From the IMG/VR virus record IMGVR_UViG_3300041583_000459: a stretch of DNA of 20,000 bases, one strand, 5' to 3'. Positions 16,501-20,000 of the stretch are shown piece after piece. This stretch comes from an uncultured virus (IMG/VR IMGVR_UViG_3300041583_000459). Its lineage: Duplodnaviria > Heunggongvirae > Uroviricota > Caudoviricetes. A model generated the notes under the pieces. That model was not told the DNA's origin. It ran no database searches and saw nothing but the letters and a program-made list of their open reading frames with translations. How positions within the stretch are numbered: the first letter of the stretch is position 1; every line of letters begins with the position of its first letter. The position numbers and the translations under genes were made by a program.

Positions 16501-18977
16501 ATACGCCTGATAGAAGTATCGAGATAGATTTGGTCACGCCATTCGCGGATTTTGTGGATAACATACAAGAATTTGTTCCATTGACTTCAACCAGAACAGA
16601 ATTTTTGTCAACAGTAACGCAAACAGTTGGCAATAATGCTACCGCTTTTGGCAACGGTAAAAATAACAGAACAGCAAATAGCACTACTTTTGAAACTACC
16701 GAAACTTGGGCCGACATAACAAAAACACTTCAGGTAATATCTGGTAGAAACGTTGAGCAAAGAATTGGTGATTTTGTTACTAACTTCCAATTTAACCCAT
16801 TCATGCGGTCTAGAGAAATTAATGTCATAATGTTTGGTCTTAGGCCAAACACAAGACACTATGTTTTCTTTGATGAGGTGAATGTCAATAATAATTGTGC
16901 CCCAGGTACTATTGAAGCACAAGTTAATGACGTTCAACCCTCTGGCAGTTTTGGCGATCCTATATTTGCAAATGAAAACGGCATTGCCTCTGTAGTGTTC
17001 AGAATTCCAGAAAATACTTTCTTTGTGGGCGACAGAAAGTTTGAAATTGCCGATGTTAGTATATATGAAAATATATCCTCGGGCTCTACTTCTAAAGGGT
17101 TTATTTTTTACCGCGCATATAACTTCAGTATCGAAAAATCAGGAGCGGTCATTTCAACTAGACAGCCTGAATTTAACGTGGAAGAAATAACAACACTAAG
17201 AACGGTGACAAATCGGGAAGTAGTGACACAGCAAATTATTGCACTGCCAAACGGCGGGGGTGAACGTGATGGTGGTAATGACCCTATCGCACAAACTTTC
17301 TTCATTAAGCAGGCAATGGGGCGCGGTTCAGATACCATATTTGCTTCTAAAGTAGACTTGTATTTTAGAAGAAGAAGTGATATAAATGGTATTACTATTA
17401 TGCTTCGTGAAGTTGTAAATGGATACCCATCAGCACAAATTCTACCTTTCTCAAAAATACATCTAACACCAGAATCTGTTTTCATATCAGAAGATGGAAG
17501 CATAGCAACTACTATATTTTTCAAAAGTCCTGTTAGATTAGACGTTGAGAAAGAATATGCTATCGTAGCAGAACCAGACGGAGCGGACCCTGATTATTTG
17601 ATATACACATCAAAAGTTGGTGGAACTGATTTTGCAACTGGTAGCATAGTGGTTCAAGATTGGGGTGATGGTGTTCTTTTCACATCAACTAATAATCGTG
17701 CATGGCAATCATATCAAGATGAAGATTTGAAGTTCAATCTTTACAGACATGAGTTTGATACATCGAGTGCTTCGGTAACATTAACCAATGACGATCATGA
17801 ATTCATATCATTGAATAATTTAAATGGCAAGTTCAATGATGGAGAAACGGTATATTCATTTAAAGACATCGCCACAAATATTGGAGTTGTGTTTGGGAGT
17901 AGCATAATTAGTGGAACAATATCTAATATCAATAATGGTGACTTCATCCTTCTTGAATTTGGTAGCCAAAAAATTGCTGCAAAAGTAGTTGAAAATAATG
18001 CCACTGATTCTTTTGGAAATCCGATAGTCATAATTGATAGACCTTCGGTATTCAAAACAGTAGGTAATGCTGGTTACTCTGGTACTGCTACCGCAAGGCC
18101 CATAGTTAAAGGAACTGTTGTTTATTACAATTTCAGAAGTCCTAAAGATATCATACTTGAAGGTAGCTCTGCGAGATTGGGTCGTAATTTTATTGCAACA
18201 GACATACTTTATGGAATAAACAGCAATGCATTTGCAACAACTTCAAGTGTAAATAATATACAAATGAGTTACTTACAGCCAATGCTTTCAAGAACTACTG
18301 ACTCCGTTTCAATAATTGACTTGCAAGGTGAATTCACAGATCCAGTAGATACAGAAGTTTCATATACACAAAATCTTATGTTTAATGACAAGACAACTTT
18401 CAATAATAGAGGAATGGTGTTGTTTAGTAAATCAAACGACTTGACAAATTCAAAGCCTTTCCGAATTATAGCGAACCTTAATAATGCTGCAAATGTCACA
18501 TCATCACCGATATTTGATGTCCAAACTGCAATGATGTTTGCATACCAATACAAAATAACAAACAATTCTACAACAACATCAAAATACATATCAAAAATTG
18601 TTGAATTGACAGAAAACTTTGATTCGGAAGATTTTATACTGTATACCACCGCATATAAGCCTATAAATTCTGAAATAAAAACATATATCAGAATACAAAA
18701 TGCTTATGATCCAACTTCTTTTGAAACTAACAATTGGATCGAATTAGAATCAGTAGAAGGGTCTTCTGTATTTTCTTCCTCAAGTAACTTAAACGACTTC
18801 AAAGAATTTACATTTAGAATTCCATCATCTGCAAAAATTGATGATTCTGTTTTTTATGAAAATAGCACTGGTGTTTATCAAGGCTATAGAAGATTTGCAG
18901 TAAAAATAGAATTGCTTTCACAGGAAGTATTTAATGTTCCCAGAATATCTGATTATAGAGGAGTCGCACTAGTATGA
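13545..18977 (+). CDS. Giant virion structural protein, DUF4815 / VrlC-like (baseplate periphery or fibre attachment)
   Basis: PWNDDF...YHRILFKP..AVQARELTQLQTILQNQIEQFG, APGADRLK, MARRTYEESGNY, DCLDFRP, RFKNGIIVDPF, PFMRSREI, DPIAQTFF and GVLFTSTN..AW...QDEDLKF. It has a TAAGGA SD and follows gp8 as in cyanophage-type T4-like genomes. Confidence 0.85.
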   Translation: MPINTNLNRGPWNDDFNIDKQYHRILFKPRYAVQARELTQLQTILQNQIEQFGDNIFQEGSIVKGCNFTELNDLQYVKLIDKTGFDVLNYIPRTEGDDNEIDVFFEIEGVSTGLKAAIVFSSRGFQTRPPDLNTFYINYLNSNLVNNEQKQVFDSGEDLKIKKISVFNIEDQGQIIEQVLIEEVDSIFVTTQANHVGKSFGLVSSEGVVFQKGHFLFASEQLVIVSKYTSQPDRVSVGYVIDESIVTALQDPSLFDNAAGSPNENAPGADRLKLSPRLVSVETDVADEDTEFFALIRYENGAAVQIRDVSQYNVIGEEMARRTYEESGNYITKEFNVRTIERNGNLKVSIGPGVAYIRGYRVENKAEIILDIDQITSFELQKNQPVSMKYGGYLKITDAGGTLPIGAYSRVNLLNVSSVVIGTAILTNISPDRMYLFDYRLNNSFSFSDIVKVSVGNGEVEVASIIRDTLSTSLIFDTGMFSIKDTDNISLPVRTSKAFSGVTNSIIINAVANENFDVQNQDILVVDSTNDAINITSIEVSPNKKVLTINIASGNSGSGTVYYNKRFEIAEPHLKQSVEFYVKLNYSDPSLSGTVDFNSDVRYNLGFPDVYELLEILDSSGLNVTNSFRLVSNQKENYYDHSYIELLSGRPVPAVGEITVKIKAFRVNRDTGKYFFTVKSYDDVSPDKIPVYASTSGKSYNLRDCLDFRPHVNVLGSYEGTTPQTASVISQTGTNLVPEFTGTFVIPAFNTTATIDYEYYLNRTDIVAIDSYGKFSLVKGKETTNSKSNDVDDRLSIAEIFIPSFPALTPESASRTNRRQYAAKIKTRGVKNYTMKDIDKLSKSIEKLSYYATVSALELSTQNLSILDGNGLSRFKNGIIVDPFSDLSIADVQNTEYDAAIDFTEKTMMPSIRTFPMNLKVESTTNATLFPDTNNPEVATISRQSDVSVISQRYATNFRNCVSNFYSYKGTGFIFPEYDGAYDVVNTPDRSIEIDLVTPFADFVDNIQEFVPLTSTRTEFLSTVTQTVGNNATAFGNGKNNRTANSTTFETTETWADITKTLQVISGRNVEQRIGDFVTNFQFNPFMRSREINVIMFGLRPNTRHYVFFDEVNVNNNCAPGTIEAQVNDVQPSGSFGDPIFANENGIASVVFRIPENTFFVGDRKFEIADVSIYENISSGSTSKGFIFYRAYNFSIEKSGAVISTRQPEFNVEEITTLRTVTNREVVTQQIIALPNGGGERDGGNDPIAQTFFIKQAMGRGSDTIFASKVDLYFRRRSDINGITIMLREVVNGYPSAQILPFSKIHLTPESVFISEDGSIATTIFFKSPVRLDVEKEYAIVAEPDGADPDYLIYTSKVGGTDFATGSIVVQDWGDGVLFTSTNNRAWQSYQDEDLKFNLYRHEFDTSSASVTLTNDDHEFISLNNLNGKFNDGETVYSFKDIATNIGVVFGSSIISGTISNINNGDFILLEFGSQKIAAKVVENNATDSFGNPIVIIDRPSVFKTVGNAGYSGTATARPIVKGTVVYYNFRSPKDIILEGSSARLGRNFIATDILYGINSNAFATTSSVNNIQMSYLQPMLSRTTDSVSIIDLQGEFTDPVDTEVSYTQNLMFNDKTTFNNRGMVLFSKSNDLTNSKPFRIIANLNNAANVTSSPIFDVQTAMMFAYQYKITNNSTTTSKYISKIVELTENFDSEDFILYTTAYKPINSEIKTYIRIQNAYDPTSFETNNWIELESVEGSSVFSSSSNLNDFKEFTFRIPSSAKIDDSVFYENSTGVYQGYRRFAVKIELLSQEVFNVPRISDYRGVALV

Positions 18978-19153
18978 TGGTAAGAGATGAAAAAACTAAG
19001 GCTTTAGTGAATAATGACTTAGAAGCTTTGAATAAATATAAGTTAGAAAGAAAACAAATTCGCGCAATGAATGATTTGATACAAGAAATGAGCCAAATTA
19101 GATCGAAGCTCATTTCAGTTTGTGAAAGATTAGAAAAAGTAGAGAAAGCATAA
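18974..19153 (+). CDS. Small coiled-coil protein (59 aa; alternative start 18977), possible assembly chaperone or minor virion protein
   Basis: Not in the ORF track; hand translation is MMVRDEKTKALVNNDLEALNKYKLERKQIRAMNDLIQEMSQIRSKLISVCERLEKVEKA. It overlaps the upstream stop (ATGA) and ends 1 nt before the next ATG, filling the gap exactly. Confidence 0.8.
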   Translation: MMVRDEKTKALVNNDLEALNKYKLERKQIRAMNDLIQEMSQIRSKLISVCERLEKVEKA

Positions 19154-19154
19154 A

Positions 19155-20000
19155 ATGGCAAAGACAGGCATTATAAGCATAGAGACAACAAACACGTTTC
19201 AAAATTGGCTTGACAGTACCAACGTATTGAATGATTTGATGAGAACTGATGTACTTACTGCATCTGCATTAGGTGATACTACTATCGGAAATGCATCTTT
19301 GGTAGGGACATTTTCCGCAAACGGAATAATATCAAATGAAATTCTAAGATTCGATTTTGCAGAATCTATAACTGGCATTAATACGCCATTAAAATTTAAC
19401 TCCCCGTTAAGCATAAACACATCACTTGTAAATACCGCTACATATAAAAGTTCTCTGGGGCCAAGAGCATCGTTCGCATCTGATACTTTAGCTTGGCAAG
19501 TTGGATTTGAAAGTGCGACTGTTCCTAGCTTTATAATATCCACAGGTACTGGTGATCGAAAGTTTTCTCTTTCTACAGATGGAAACTTGGCAGTATTTGG
19601 CAACATTACTTTGACTGGTAGCGGAAGCCGGATAAACGCAAACGTGACAGGCAATCTAACAGGCAATGTTACTGGAGCCGTTACCGGAAACGTAACTGGA
19701 AATCTAACAGGTGATGTTACTGGAAATCTGACAGGTGATGTTACAGGTACTGTTACAGGTACTGTAAGCAGTATTGCTAATCACACAACAACATCATTAA
19801 CAGAAGGCAACAAACTTTACTTTACTACTGCTCGAGCAAGAAGTTCTTTCACTGCTAATACTGGTGTAACAATTACAAACGGCGCAATCGCAATTGGCCA
19901 ACCAGTAGCAACTACAAGCAATGTTAACTTTGCTAATGCTGCATTAACTGGTTCACTAACAATTAGACCCACGACTAACGCTGCAATAGAACATGGTAGA
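19155..20000 (+). CDS. Tail-fibre-like protein, N-terminal part (runs off the window)
   Basis: Open for 282 codons from ATG 19155: MAKTGIISIETTNTFQNWLDSTN..., (xVTG/xLTG) repeats and an LTEGNKLYFTTARAR motif, all typical of phage fibre proteins. Confidence 0.85.
   Translation, partial: MAKTGIISIETTNTFQNWLDSTNVLNDLMRTDVLTASALGDTTIGNASLVGTFSANGIISNEILRFDFAESITGINTPLKFNSPLSINTSLVNTATYKSSLGPRASFASDTLAWQVGFESATVPSFIISTGTGDRKFSLSTDGNLAVFGNITLTGSGSRINANVTGNLTGNVTGAVTGNVTGNLTGDVTGNLTGDVTGTVTGTVSSIANHTTTSLTEGNKLYFTTARARSSFTANTGVTITNGAIAIGQPVATTSNVNFANAALTGSLTIRPTTNAAIEHGR
19641..19760 (+). repeat. Ten degenerate 12-bp coding repeats, ([NDAT]-[VL]-T-G)x10
   Basis: NVTG NLTG NVTG AVTG NVTG NLTG DVTG NLTG DVTG TVTG, read directly from the sequence. 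Confidence 0.92.

Noticed and set aside
771..19666. Numerous 60-155 aa minus-strand ORFs under the structural genes
   Set aside because: All overlap well-supported plus-strand genes and show no recognisable motifs, and no minus-strand late promoter was noticed other than 809-816.
19641..19760. Tandem repeats considered as a CRISPR array or DGR template/variable repeat
   Set aside because: They are 12-bp in-frame coding repeats with no spacers, no adenine-specific mismatch pair and no reverse transcriptase or cas gene in the window.
1..20000. Introns, inteins, homing endonucleases or tRNAs
   Set aside because: Intergenic gaps are all under 70 nt, and no Hint, LAGLIDADG, HNH or GIY-YIG motifs were recognised. 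The gp4 nuclease motif belongs to the normal head-completion protein.

Overview
This window is an AT-rich, densely packed virion-morphogenesis region of a T4-superfamily myophage, of the distant non-enteric type in which gene 48 sits next to gene 53 and a giant DUF4815/VrlC-like protein follows gp8. The minus strand carries gp4 (head completion nuclease) and the 5' part of gp2 (DNA end protector). Two face-to-face T4 late promoters (TATAAATA) separate these from one long, mostly translationally coupled plus-strand run: gp48, gp53 (apparently split into two ORFs), a gp27-like hub protein, gp5, a helical protein with a C-terminal M15 Zn-peptidase, gp25, gp6, gp7, gp8, the 1810-aa DUF4815-like protein, a small coiled-coil protein and the start of a fibre protein. 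The most notable feature is the spike locus. gp5 lacks the central T4-lysozyme domain and instead carries a lambda-lysozyme/lytic-transglycosylase-like domain after its beta-helix on a long Gly/Ser linker, resembling an 'evolved VgrG'. It is followed by a second predicted cell-wall hydrolase rather than a PAAR gene. All family assignments come from motif recognition by eye and gene order; no database searches were run, so novelty is unverified.
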